Of a stretch of DNA of 64,000 bases, positions 1-10,066 are shown piece by piece. The stretch is from positions 1,344,001 to 1,408,000 of the forward strand of contig NZ_CP157522.1 of assembly GCF_049075655.1 (NCBI RefSeq). Reading direction: 5' to 3'. The position numbers and the translations under genes were made by a program. The stretch is from Methanothermococcus sp. Ax23 (GTDB taxonomy: Archaea; AGJL01; Methanococci; Methanococcales; Methanococcaceae). The notes under the pieces are model-generated. The model worked only from the letters and a program-made list of their open reading frames with translations. It did not search any database and was not told where the DNA came from. Within the stretch, counting starts at the first letter, position 1. Every line of letters begins with the position of its first letter.

Positions 1-2
1 AT

Positions 3-1076
3 ATCTATACCCCACAAGAAATAGAACAAAATAATATATTAATATTTAAACAAGATAGATTAGGTGATTTAGCAATAACAATTCCATTATTGGCGGTTTT
101 AAAAGAAAAATTTCCAAATTATAATATCATATTGATAACTAGTCCATCGAATTACGAATTAGCAAAAAAAATACCTTATGTTGATAAAATAATTCCTTTA
201 AGTAATAAAAATATGTGCATTGATTATAAAGAGATGTCAAAAATAACAAAAAGAATTAGTAGTTTCTATAAATTTATGAAATATGATTTAAAAGACCATA
301 TAAACGTTTTAAAATATTATTCCAATAGTAAATATGGAATTGATCTAGTTGGCAGGAGAAGAAATGCGTTAATCATGAAAATTCTAAAAATTAAAAAAAT
401 CTGTGGTTTTGAACTTTCTCCATTTAGTTTTTTGTATGATTTTAAGATACAATATACTGAGGATGAAAATATTATCTTGCAATTTTTAAAATTCTTAGAT
501 GCCTTTAATATGCACAATGATGATGACTTAAATATCAATAGTCTTACATTAAATGGATTTAAATGCCTAAAAACAGGTAAAACCGATAAAAAAATAGCAG
601 GTGTCCATTTAGGATTCGGCGGGGAAAAATGTCGTAATTGGGGACTAGATAATTTTTTGGCATTGGTTAATAGGTTGATAGATAATAATTATTATGTAAA
701 AATATACTATACTATTCATGAAAAAAATGAATTTGAATATCTATATAACAAATTAAAACATGAAAATAATGTAAAATACATATTTTGTCATAATTTAGAT
801 ATATTTTTGCAAGAACTTGGGGATATTGATGTATATGTGGGCATAGATGGAGGACCTTCCCATATTGTTGATATATTGGGAATTCCAAATATCATACTTT
901 TTTCTAGGGAAAATCCACTTAAATGGGGCTCATTTATGAGTAAATCCACAATTATAAAAGGAATTATTGAAAACTGTGAAAATAGGGTGTGTGGTAAGAA
1001 TATATGTATAAAGACCATTACACCAGAACTTGTATTTAACGAGATTAAAAACATTGTTGGTGAGAAAGATGAATAA
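3..1076 (+). CDS. Glycosyltransferase family 9 (heptosyltransferase-like), 5'-truncated by the window edge
   Basis: The frame is open from position 3 (IYTPQEIEQNNILIFKQDRLGDLAITIPLL); DRLGD N-terminal motif and C-terminal GIDGGPSHI and CIKTITPELV motifs are typical of GT9/RfaF. Confidence 0.85.
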   Translation: MYTPQEIEQNNILIFKQDRLGDLAITIPLLAVLKEKFPNYNIILITSPSNYELAKKIPYVDKIIPLSNKNMCIDYKEMSKITKRISSFYKFMKYDLKDHINVLKYYSNSKYGIDLVGRRRNALIMKILKIKKICGFELSPFSFLYDFKIQYTEDENIILQFLKFLDAFNMHNDDDLNINSLTLNGFKCLKTGKTDKKIAGVHLGFGGEKCRNWGLDNFLALVNRLIDNNYYVKIYYTIHEKNEFEYLYNKLKHENNVKYIFCHNLDIFLQELGDIDVYVGIDGGPSHIVDILGIPNIILFSRENPLKWGSFMSKSTIIKGIIENCENRVCGKNICIKTITPELVFNEIKNIVGEKDE

Positions 1077-2031
1077 CAACATTAAATGTCCAATATGTGG
1101 AAATAATGCATATTATAAATTTACAAAAACTAATTTATTAGGTTCTTTTAAATTTTATGAATGTAGAAATTGTAATTTATTATTCGTAAATCCAATACCC
1201 ACAAAAGAAATGTTGGATTTCTACTATTCTGAAATATTTACTCTCCCAAACAATCAAAGATTAAAAAATATTAATAAATTTTCAGAAGTTTTGAAAATGA
1301 TAAATACTAATATCACAAATAAAAAAGTTTTGGATATTGGGTCTGGAAAGGGAGATATCATTAAATGTTTTTATAATTCCGGTGTAAAGGAGATTGTTGG
1401 AGTAGATATTGATAAAGATTTAATAAAATTAAAAGACAATATTCCAGATGAAAAAATAGAAATAATAATCGAGGATTTTTTAAATATTGAAGATAACTTA
1501 AAAAATGAGTATTTTGACATTATTACAATGTTTGATGTTATCGAACATTTTACGAATCCAAAGATATATTTAGAAAAAGCACTTTCGAAATTAAAAAAAG
1601 GAGGTAAAATAATAATAACTACACCAAATATAGGCTCTTTAAACTATAAAATATGTGGAAAATACTGGGATTGGATTTCACCACCTGCACATCTTTATTA
1701 TTTTTCACCAAATTCATTAACAGAATTGTTAAATGAATTTGGAATATACGACATTCAGACATATTCGTTTTATGGAGATTGGGAAGATAATTTGGTAGTG
1801 TCAACACTTAAACTACCATACACCGTATTAAAATACCATATTAAATGTTTAACACTACCACTGGTTAGAACTATGGTATTAAACAACATAAGGAATCAAA
1901 AGAATAATAAAAATTATGATGATAAATCTATAAATCTCTCAAAGAATTTAGATTTTTTAAAATGTTTTGACAAATATATTTATAATTCTTTGAGTTATCC
2001 ACACTTGATAGTGGTGGGTGAAAAACAATGA
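1069..2031 (+). CDS. Class I SAM-dependent methyltransferase with N-terminal Zn ribbon
   Basis: CPIC...CRNC, VLDIGSGKG, FDVIEHF, PPAHLYYF; ATG at 1069 follows a GGTGA RBS. Confidence 0.85.
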   Translation: MNNNIKCPICGNNAYYKFTKTNLLGSFKFYECRNCNLLFVNPIPTKEMLDFYYSEIFTLPNNQRLKNINKFSEVLKMINTNITNKKVLDIGSGKGDIIKCFYNSGVKEIVGVDIDKDLIKLKDNIPDEKIEIIIEDFLNIEDNLKNEYFDIITMFDVIEHFTNPKIYLEKALSKLKKGGKIIITTPNIGSLNYKICGKYWDWISPPAHLYYFSPNSLTELLNEFGIYDIQTYSFYGDWEDNLVVSTLKLPYTVLKYHIKCLTLPLVRTMVLNNIRNQKNNKNYDDKSINLSKNLDFLKCFDKYIYNSLSYPHLIVVGEKQ

Positions 2032-3281
2032 AAAAAGATAAAACAAATATTAATATTGTCCTATTTCATTCTTTTGAACGAAAGTGGTTTCTAAAAAATA
2101 ATATTACAATAGAATTTTATGAAAATTTAGAGACACACATAACGAAAATACTTTGTAGATTGATAAAATTATCTGAATTTACAAAATATTCACCTAAATT
2201 CGTATTTTTTACAGCATATAAAGAGTATGATAATTTACTTTTAAAACATAGATGTGGTTTTAATATAAATTTAATGTATGTTAATTTATTCAAGCTAACA
2301 ATACCTTTGGAAATTTCACTATCTCTATTAAATCAAATATTTAATATCAAAAAATCAGAAGTGTCTATTTGGCATCTAAATACTTATTATTATTTAATGT
2401 TTGATTTTGTAGTCCCAATACTAAAATTAAAAAAACAAAAAATAATAGCACATCACAGAGGAGGTGGATTTAGTTGGAATCCTATCGCAATACCTTATTC
2501 AATTTTTCAATATATATTAATGTTGCCTATACTATTGAGATTAGTGGATAAAATTATTGTTCAAAACAAATATGAACTCAATAGATTGATAAAACAATAT
2601 ATGATAAGTCCTAATAAAATTGTTTGGATACCCAATGGAATTGATATTAAATTATTTAAGCCACTCCCTGAAAATGAACGAAATATTTTAAGAAAAAAAT
2701 TTGGATTTAACGAAGATGAGTTCGTAATCTTGTATGTTGGAAGAATAACGAAAGGAAAGGGTATTTTAAAACTTCCAGAAATAGTTGAAAAATTAATAAA
2801 TGAGTATAATGCAAAAAAAATAAAATTCTTTATAATTGGTGATGGTGATGATAAAGAAAAATTAATAAACATATTAAAAGAAAAAAAGTTATTAGACTAT
2901 GTTAAATTCTCAGAGGGGTTTATAAATGATATAAATGAACTAATAATCCATTATAATGTTGGAGATATTATGGTTCATCTAAATACAAATCCAAAGTTTG
3001 AAGGTTCTCCAAATGTGGTTTTAGAAGCACAGGCATGCGGCTTACCAGTAGTTGGATTTGATATTCCGGGTGTTCAAGATTCAATAATTGATGGAAAAAC
3101 CGGCTTTTTAATAAAAAATAAGGACTATAATGATTATGTTAAAAAACTTAATGTCGTATATACTAACAAAAAATTACATAACACTATGAAGATTGAAGCA
3201 AGAGATAATATTAAAAAGAATTTCAATATAGACGATATTATTGAAAAATACATTGAAGTTTATAAAAATGTGCATTTGTGA
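2028..3281 (+). CDS. Glycosyltransferase family 4
   Basis: IPNGID, YVGRITKGKG, EGSPNVVLEAQACGLPVV. Confidence 0.9.
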   Translation: MKKDKTNINIVLFHSFERKWFLKNNITIEFYENLETHITKILCRLIKLSEFTKYSPKFVFFTAYKEYDNLLLKHRCGFNINLMYVNLFKLTIPLEISLSLLNQIFNIKKSEVSIWHLNTYYYLMFDFVVPILKLKKQKIIAHHRGGGFSWNPIAIPYSIFQYILMLPILLRLVDKIIVQNKYELNRLIKQYMISPNKIVWIPNGIDIKLFKPLPENERNILRKKFGFNEDEFVILYVGRITKGKGILKLPEIVEKLINEYNAKKIKFFIIGDGDDKEKLINILKEKKLLDYVKFSEGFINDINELIIHYNVGDIMVHLNTNPKFEGSPNVVLEAQACGLPVVGFDIPGVQDSIIDGKTGFLIKNKDYNDYVKKLNVVYTNKKLHNTMKIEARDNIKKNFNIDDIIEKYIEVYKNVHL

Positions 3282-3285
3282 TAAA

Positions 3286-4410
3286 ATGGGGAGATTTGAG
3301 AAATATAAAAATAAAAAAAATGATAAGGTTGTATTATTTAGTTTCTACGGAAGGAGTGGAATGTGGCATTATGCTACTCAATATGCTAATGCATTAAGTA
3401 AATTTAAAAATGTTTATTTGGTTTGCCCCAAATTTGCAAAAAAAGATTTTGTAAATTATAATAACAACCTTTCTTTAATAGAAATAGATGCTAGTCCATC
3501 TATTAAAAAATTCATTATTGAAACTTTGAACTTACATCAACATATAAATTTATTTCTCAAAATCTTAAAAATGAATCCTACAACATTGCACTTTTTAGAT
3601 AACCATCCATGGAGCGTTATTTATGCAGTAATATTCAAGCTTTTAGGTTATAAAATAATATTTACACAGCACGACCCAATCCAACATACTGGAGAACCTA
3701 GGGGGGACATACAAGGAATTATAAATAAACTACAAATGAAATTGGGAAATTACATAATAATTCATAGCGAATTTTTAAAAAATATGGTTTTAAAGAAATT
3801 TAATATTTCAAAAAACAAAATTATTATTTACCCACATGGGCATTATGCATTCCTATTAAAATATAAAAAAGATAACATTAGGGAAGAGCCATATACTGTA
3901 TTATTTTTTGGTAGAATTTTAAAGTATAAGGGTTTGGATTTACTACTTAAATCTTTATTAATTTTAAAAGAGGAAGGATGTAAATTTAAACTCATTATTG
4001 CCGGTGAAGGTGATTTAAAACCTTATAAAAAACTAATAAATAAACTTAAAGGATATATTGAAATACATAATAAATATATTGCGGAAGAAGACATTCCTTA
4101 TTATTTCCAAAAGGCATGTTTAGTGGCTTTAACATACCACGATGCTACGCAAAGTGGTATAATTCCTATTGCTTATCCTTTTGGAAGACCCGTAATTGTC
4201 ACAAAAGTTGGGGGTTTGCCTGAGGTTGTTATAAATGGAAAAACCGGATATATAGTTGATAAGAATCCAGAAGAAATTGCAAAATCGATAAAAAATATAC
4301 TGTACAATCCATCCGTTCAAGATGAAATGAAAGAAAATTGTAAAAAAGCAACTTATAAACTTATCGATTGGAAAAAAAATCTTAAAAAAATTCTTTACAT
4401 ATACAATTAA
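3286..4410 (+). CDS. Glycosyltransferase family 4
   Basis: FFGRILKYKG, ATQSGII, PVIVTKVGGLPEVV; probable ATG at 3286. Confidence 0.9.
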   Translation: MGRFEKYKNKKNDKVVLFSFYGRSGMWHYATQYANALSKFKNVYLVCPKFAKKDFVNYNNNLSLIEIDASPSIKKFIIETLNLHQHINLFLKILKMNPTTLHFLDNHPWSVIYAVIFKLLGYKIIFTQHDPIQHTGEPRGDIQGIINKLQMKLGNYIIIHSEFLKNMVLKKFNISKNKIIIYPHGHYAFLLKYKKDNIREEPYTVLFFGRILKYKGLDLLLKSLLILKEEGCKFKLIIAGEGDLKPYKKLINKLKGYIEIHNKYIAEEDIPYYFQKACLVALTYHDATQSGIIPIAYPFGRPVIVTKVGGLPEVVINGKTGYIVDKNPEEIAKSIKNILYNPSVQDEMKENCKKATYKLIDWKKNLKKILYIYN

Positions 4411-4430
4411 CGATTTTGGGTGGTGGTGCT

Positions 4431-5480
4431 ATGAAGCTATACAAAAGTGGCGATTCATATAGTTTATTTAGTAAATTTATTTCATATATAGAGGGGAAAA
4501 TTACTAAAAAAGAACTATTGATTAGCCGAAAATATAGTAATTTAGAATTTCCAGATACAATATTAATAGGGCAAACGAATTATTGCAATCATAATTGTAT
4601 AATGTGTCCAAATAGATATATTAAAAATAAAGGATTCATGAGCATGGATACTTTCTTAAAAATCATTAATGAAGCGAAAGAATATAGAAAACACATCCGA
4701 AGAATAGGTTTTGGTTTATTTGGAGAAACATTATTGCATCCAAATATTAAAGATTTCATTAAAATTATAAGAAATGAATTGGGTGATATAAAAATAGAAA
4801 TTGGGACTAATGCAACACTATTAAACGAAGAGATGGCGGATTTTTTGATAGATTATAATGTAAATCAAATTAATATCTCATTTTACGCTATTGATGAAGA
4901 AAGTTATTCAATAATCCAAGGACATCATCCCAAATTTTTCAAAACTACATTGGACAATATAAACAATTTTATTAAAAAAGCTAAAAATAACAATAAAATC
5001 AAAATAAGAATGGCTTTTATTCCAATAGAACATAACAAAAACAGATGGAAAGAATATTTTTCCCAATTTGAAAAGGCCGATAATTTAGAATTTGATATTG
5101 TAAGATTGCACAAATGGGATGATATTCAGAATTTAAATAAAATCGATAAAGAGAGCATCTTTCCAACATTTAGATATTTCAAACCATGTATTCAAATCGA
5201 TAAAACAATAGCTATCGATTGGGATGGCAGAGTTGTTGCATGTTGTTATGCATGGGATAGACCCGAATTGATTATAGGTAATGTATCCAATCAATCAATT
5301 TACGAAATCTGGAACGGTGAAAAATTCAATAGTCTAAAAAAGTGGCATGAAACAGGAAAATCTGTTAATTTCATTCCTTGTAATAATTGTGCGGCACATA
5401 GGTATGAAATGAATTTTGTAGATAGTTTGAAGTATTATTTATATAAAAGAAAAATAAAGAATTTTATAAACAAGGGATAG
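4431..5480 (+). CDS. Radical SAM protein with SPASM/twitch domain
   Basis: CNHNCIMC (CxxxCxxC); C-terminal PC...IDWDGRVVACC...GN...IW...CNNC. Confidence 0.9.
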   Translation: MKLYKSGDSYSLFSKFISYIEGKITKKELLISRKYSNLEFPDTILIGQTNYCNHNCIMCPNRYIKNKGFMSMDTFLKIINEAKEYRKHIRRIGFGLFGETLLHPNIKDFIKIIRNELGDIKIEIGTNATLLNEEMADFLIDYNVNQINISFYAIDEESYSIIQGHHPKFFKTTLDNINNFIKKAKNNNKIKIRMAFIPIEHNKNRWKEYFSQFEKADNLEFDIVRLHKWDDIQNLNKIDKESIFPTFRYFKPCIQIDKTIAIDWDGRVVACCYAWDRPELIIGNVSNQSIYEIWNGEKFNSLKKWHETGKSVNFIPCNNCAAHRYEMNFVDSLKYYLYKRKIKNFINKG

Positions 5481-5481
5481 T

Positions 5482-6624
5482 ATGGAGATTGTTTTTATAT
5501 TAAATTCCGATTTTGGTGTTAGGAATACGATTGGAGCTAGAGCATTACCAATAGCAAATGAGGTGTCCGAAAATAATAATTTAACTATATTATGTAGGGG
5601 ATATAATAAAGATTTAAAAGATTTTAATATTATTCAGTGTTTTCCTTATGCAGATTTTATTATGAAAGTATTTACGGCAATTCCCATATATATTTCAAAG
5701 GACTTTCCAGCGGGAAAGGTAAAAAATGATATTTTTGAATATTGTATTATAAGAAAATTAAATAAATTGAAAAATATTACTATAATCCATTCATGGGATT
5801 ATTTGCCAAATATATATGCTAACATAAAATCCAAAAATAAAAATGCAATAATAATCCAAGATGTAGCTATGGCGTTTCCAAATATTTTAAATGACGATGA
5901 AATGAAAACTATATGGGGGCAGGTTAAATCAAATATTCCAGAATATGTAAAAAATTCTTTAAAATACATTGATTATTATATCGTTCCATCGGATTTTGTG
6001 AAAAAATCATTAATTAATGAAGGAATTAATGAAACTAAAATTTTTGTTGTGCCATTTGGGGTAGATATAAGTAAATTCAAACCCATTGAAAAAGATTACA
6101 ATGGAACATTTAAAGTTGCATTCTCAGGGAATGTTAATAATAGAAAAGGTATTCCTTATTTGATTCAGGCTTGGAGAGAATTAAACCTAAAAGACGCAGA
6201 ATTAAACATATATGGTAGAGTTTATCCCGAGGTTAAAAAATATTTTAAAGATGCTGAAAAATATAATATAAAGGTTCATGGATTTGTAAGTAATATATAT
6301 AGTGAGCTCCCAAAAAATCACATCTATGTATTTCCATCATTGTTAGAAGGTTCTGCGAAATCTATTTATGAAGCATTGGCATGCGGGCTACCCGTGATTA
6401 CAACGGAAAATTCTGGAAGTGTTGTTGAAGATGAAAAAGAAGGATTTATAATTCCTACGCAAGATATTGAAATACTAAAAGAGAAAATATTATTTTTCTA
6501 CAATAACAGAAACAAAATCAAAGAGTTTGGAATAAATGCAAGAAAAAAGGCAGAACAATATACTTGGGAAAACTATGGAAAAAGAGTTAATGAAATTTAT
6601 AATTTGGTGAATAACCATGAGTAA
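5482..6624 (+). CDS. Glycosyltransferase family 4
   Basis: VPFGVD, RKGIPYL, PSLLEGSAKSIYEALACGLPVI. Confidence 0.9.
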   Translation: MEIVFILNSDFGVRNTIGARALPIANEVSENNNLTILCRGYNKDLKDFNIIQCFPYADFIMKVFTAIPIYISKDFPAGKVKNDIFEYCIIRKLNKLKNITIIHSWDYLPNIYANIKSKNKNAIIIQDVAMAFPNILNDDEMKTIWGQVKSNIPEYVKNSLKYIDYYIVPSDFVKKSLINEGINETKIFVVPFGVDISKFKPIEKDYNGTFKVAFSGNVNNRKGIPYLIQAWRELNLKDAELNIYGRVYPEVKKYFKDAEKYNIKVHGFVSNIYSELPKNHIYVFPSLLEGSAKSIYEALACGLPVITTENSGSVVEDEKEGFIIPTQDIEILKEKILFFYNNRNKIKEFGINARKKAEQYTWENYGKRVNEIYNLVNNHE

Positions 6625-7714
6625 AATTTTATATGTCCATAATGCAGATTTTTCAAAACCCTGTGCAAATAGAATTCAAGTTTTAAACATGTGTAAGGCA
6701 TTTAGAAAAATTGGGCAGGATATTACACTTATGAGTTTTAATAATGATAAAAATACTATTAAAAAAGTTTATAATGAAGATGTTGATTTTAATACAATTT
6801 CTTTGAAACCTTTTATAAATTATTATTTTAGAAGTTTATTGTTATTTTTGAGATTTTTGAGTATAAAAAATAATTATAATTATATTTACACTAGGGATTT
6901 GATATTTGCTTTTTTAGTTTCAAAATTCTTTAAAGATAAAAAGGTAATTTATGAATTGCATGATTTATCAAATGGTAAAATATGGCACTTTCTTTTTAAA
7001 CGAACTTTCAAAAATTTACATGGGTGCGTAGTTATTAGTGAAGGCTTAAAAGAAGAATTAATAAAATGGGGCTTTAATAGTAAAATATATGTATTGCATG
7101 ATGGTGTAGATTTAAATAGATTTGATATAAACATTTCAAAGAAAGATGTAAGAGCAAGATTAAACTTACCAAAAGATAAAATAATAATATCATATACTGG
7201 AAGTTTGCAGAATTGGAAGGGATATGAAACATTTTTAAAATCTTATAAGTATTTAAAAAATAAAAAAAATACTGTTTATTTGATTGTAGGGGGTAGTGAA
7301 GAACAGATAAACAAATTAAAAGAAGTATATAAAAATAAAGACATAATTTTTGTTCCATTTGTTGAAAATTCAAAAGTTCCTTTATTTTTAAAAGCGTCAG
7401 ATATTTTAGTTATTCCAAATTCATCTAAATATGAAATTTCAGTTAAATACACATCACCCTTAAAATTATTTGAATACATGGCATCAAAAAAACCAATCAT
7501 AGCTAGTGATTTACCAAGTATTAGGGAAGTGGTGGGTGAAAGTGAAGTTTTATTTTTTGTGCCAGATGATGAAAGAGATTTGGCATTAAAGATTGAAAAA
7601 CTTATAAATAATGATGAGTTGCAGAATAAATTGGCAAATAATGCCTATGAGAAGGTTAAAAACTATGCTTGGGAAAAGAGAGCCAGTAAAATTATAGAGA
7701 TTTTAAAAAAATAA
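6617..7714 (+). CDS. Glycosyltransferase family 4
   Basis: YTGSLQNWKG, SPLKLFEYMASKKPIIASDLP. Confidence 0.9.
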   Translation: MSKILYVHNADFSKPCANRIQVLNMCKAFRKIGQDITLMSFNNDKNTIKKVYNEDVDFNTISLKPFINYYFRSLLLFLRFLSIKNNYNYIYTRDLIFAFLVSKFFKDKKVIYELHDLSNGKIWHFLFKRTFKNLHGCVVISEGLKEELIKWGFNSKIYVLHDGVDLNRFDINISKKDVRARLNLPKDKIIISYTGSLQNWKGYETFLKSYKYLKNKKNTVYLIVGGSEEQINKLKEVYKNKDIIFVPFVENSKVPLFLKASDILVIPNSSKYEISVKYTSPLKLFEYMASKKPIIASDLPSIREVVGESEVLFFVPDDERDLALKIEKLINNDELQNKLANNAYEKVKNYAWEKRASKIIEILKK

Positions 7715-7726
7715 ATGGTGAAAAAT

Positions 7727-8794
7727 ATGAAAATCGCTAAAATAGGTAGTTATTCACTCAACTTAATAAAAAAATTCCCCACTCCGTTAAGAAATATAGC
7801 AGTAACTTATGGGACACAATTATTAGAAAAATTACCAAAATCGTGGTCGAGTAGATTATACAAAGAAATTTTATTAAATCATACTCCCTCATCATTTCTA
7901 ATTGAAGTAACAAATACATGTAATTTGAGATGTCCATTATGTTCAGTTCATAAACTAAATAGAAAGAAAAAAACTCTTAAATTTGAGGAATTAAAATACA
8001 TTGTAGATAATACTCCTGCTATAAAACACATTGGATTTTATATATTGGGGGAACCATTATTATGCAGAGATTTATTTAAAATGGTTAGATATTGCTCAAA
8101 TAAACAAATAACAACTGGATTTTCAACTAATGGTATGCTCATTGATAAATATATTGATGAAATATTTGAATCAGGGCTTGATTATATTCAAATTACAATA
8201 GATGGTGCTGATGCTGAGGCACATGAAAAATATCGAATAGGGAGTTCTTTTAAAAAAGTTTGTGAAAATATTGAAAAACTTACTAATGAAAAGAAAAGAA
8301 GAAATGCAAAAAAACCCTATATAAAAATCCAAACGCTAGTTTTTAAGTTCAACGAGCATCAACTAAAAGATATTATTGAATTAACAAAAAGGTTAGGTGT
8401 TGATGCCATTAATTTCAAAGCACCGAGTATTGGAAAAGATGACAAATCAAAATTTGAGATTGAAAAATTAATGAAAGAGTATATTCCAGAAAATAAAAGC
8501 AGATATAATCGATATAGTTTGAATATTAAATACTATAAAGATATGCCGATATGCCCTCAATTGTTCAATGGATATATACTATCAAATGGGGATGTAGTTC
8601 CTTGCTGTGCTGATTATGAAGGAGAATATAGTTTTGGAAATATATTTGAAGAGGATTTTGCAAGTATTTGGAAAGGAGAGCTTAGAAAAAAGTTTTTAGA
8701 TGAATTTTTCAGTAGAAATTCGAATTTATGTAAAAAATGTGATCTTGCTTATGGCATAATTGATGAAATTATTGAGTTTAATAATAATGGGTGA
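7727..8794 (+). CDS. Radical SAM protein with SPASM/twitch domain
   Basis: CNLRCPLC, GEPLL, STNG, ICPQ...NGDVVPCC...CKKC; start could be 7715 or 7727 (GGTGA precedes 7727). Confidence 0.9.
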   Translation: MKIAKIGSYSLNLIKKFPTPLRNIAVTYGTQLLEKLPKSWSSRLYKEILLNHTPSSFLIEVTNTCNLRCPLCSVHKLNRKKKTLKFEELKYIVDNTPAIKHIGFYILGEPLLCRDLFKMVRYCSNKQITTGFSTNGMLIDKYIDEIFESGLDYIQITIDGADAEAHEKYRIGSSFKKVCENIEKLTNEKKRRNAKKPYIKIQTLVFKFNEHQLKDIIELTKRLGVDAINFKAPSIGKDDKSKFEIEKLMKEYIPENKSRYNRYSLNIKYYKDMPICPQLFNGYILSNGDVVPCCADYEGEYSFGNIFEEDFASIWKGELRKKFLDEFFSRNSNLCKKCDLAYGIIDEIIEFNNNG

Positions 8795-8798
8795 AATT

Positions 8799-9512
8799 AT
8801 GTTTAAATCAATATTAATTAAAATATATTCTTCAATATTTATTAAGTATTCAAAAAAATTTTCAAGAAAAAATTTAAACAATTACTTAGAAAATACAATT
8901 AACAAATATGTAATTACCAGTGGTAATAATAATTTAAAAATCATAAATATTGGAGCAAGTGGTGCAATTGGAGATTTCATAAAATCGAAAATTGAATCTA
9001 AGGGATATAAACTCATTGAAATTGATATTGACGAGAAAAGATGCCCTGATTTGGTGCTGGATATACAAAATATGTATTCAATAGATGATAATTCTGTCGA
9101 TATTATTTTTTGCTTAGAAGTTCTAGAACATGTTAAAAATCCTTTTAAAGCCGTTGAGGAAATAAAAAGGATACTAAAATCAGGGGGTATTTTCATAGGT
9201 TCAACACCATTTATATTTCCGATACATGATGAGCCTTATGATTATTTTAGATACACAAAATATGGAATTTTAAGTTTATTCAATGAATTTGAATGTTTAG
9301 AATTGAAAGAAAGAAATTCATATATGGAATCATGGTATGTTATATTATTAAGATTGTTAAATATTGGGAATATTAAACAAAGACTTTTTGGAATTATGTT
9401 ATTTCCGTTCATGATATTATTACTTCCTTTTGTATTGCTTTTTGATGCAGTAATTACTAATAAACAATCTACAACAGGATATTTTTATGTTTTTAGGAAA
9501 AATAAAAAGTAA
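8799..9512 (+). CDS. Class I SAM-dependent methyltransferase (Methyltransf_11-like)
   Basis: NIGASG, LEVLEHVKNP, PFIFPIHDEPYDYFRYT. Confidence 0.85.
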   Translation: MFKSILIKIYSSIFIKYSKKFSRKNLNNYLENTINKYVITSGNNNLKIINIGASGAIGDFIKSKIESKGYKLIEIDIDEKRCPDLVLDIQNMYSIDDNSVDIIFCLEVLEHVKNPFKAVEEIKRILKSGGIFIGSTPFIFPIHDEPYDYFRYTKYGILSLFNEFECLELKERNSYMESWYVILLRLLNIGNIKQRLFGIMLFPFMILLLPFVLLFDAVITNKQSTTGYFYVFRKNKK

Positions 9513-9571
9513 TAAATTAAATAAAATTAAAGATACATCTTAAATATTACAATACACAATTCGGTGAACCT

Positions 9572-10033
9572 ATGTTTTTAAAGTTGAAATCTAGAATACT
9601 GATTTTAAGGAAAATAAAATATAAAATAAGGTATAAAAATTTAAAACTCGGAAAAAATGTAAAAATATACGGGACTTTAAAAATTATCGGCAAGGGTTTG
9701 ATAGAGATAGGGGACTCTTCAACATTAAATGAAGGCGTTATTTTAAATGCTAAGGATGATATAAAGATTGGAAAATATTGCCGTATTTCATCGTATGTCC
9801 AATTGATTACTGCGGGTTTGGATTTAACTAAACCTTACGCAAATAGACCGCACATAAGTAAACCAATAATATTAGAAGATGGAGTATGGGTGTGTTCTGG
9901 AGCCATTATACTTCCAGGAGTAAGGATAGGTGAAGGTAGCGTCATAGCCGCAGGCGCCGTTGTTAATAAAAATGTTCCACCTTATGAACTATGGGGAGGC
10001 GTTCCTGCAAGAAAAATAAAAAATTTAAAATAG
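9572..10033 (+). CDS. Hexapeptide-repeat O-acetyltransferase
   Basis: LbH repeats; GVWVCSGAIILPGVRIGEGSVIAAGAVV...GGVPAR. Confidence 0.9.
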   Translation: MFLKLKSRILILRKIKYKIRYKNLKLGKNVKIYGTLKIIGKGLIEIGDSSTLNEGVILNAKDDIKIGKYCRISSYVQLITAGLDLTKPYANRPHISKPIILEDGVWVCSGAIILPGVRIGEGSVIAAGAVVNKNVPPYELWGGVPARKIKNLK

Positions 10034-10066
10034 ATAATATTGCAGGTTTTGTGAAAAGATTAATAT

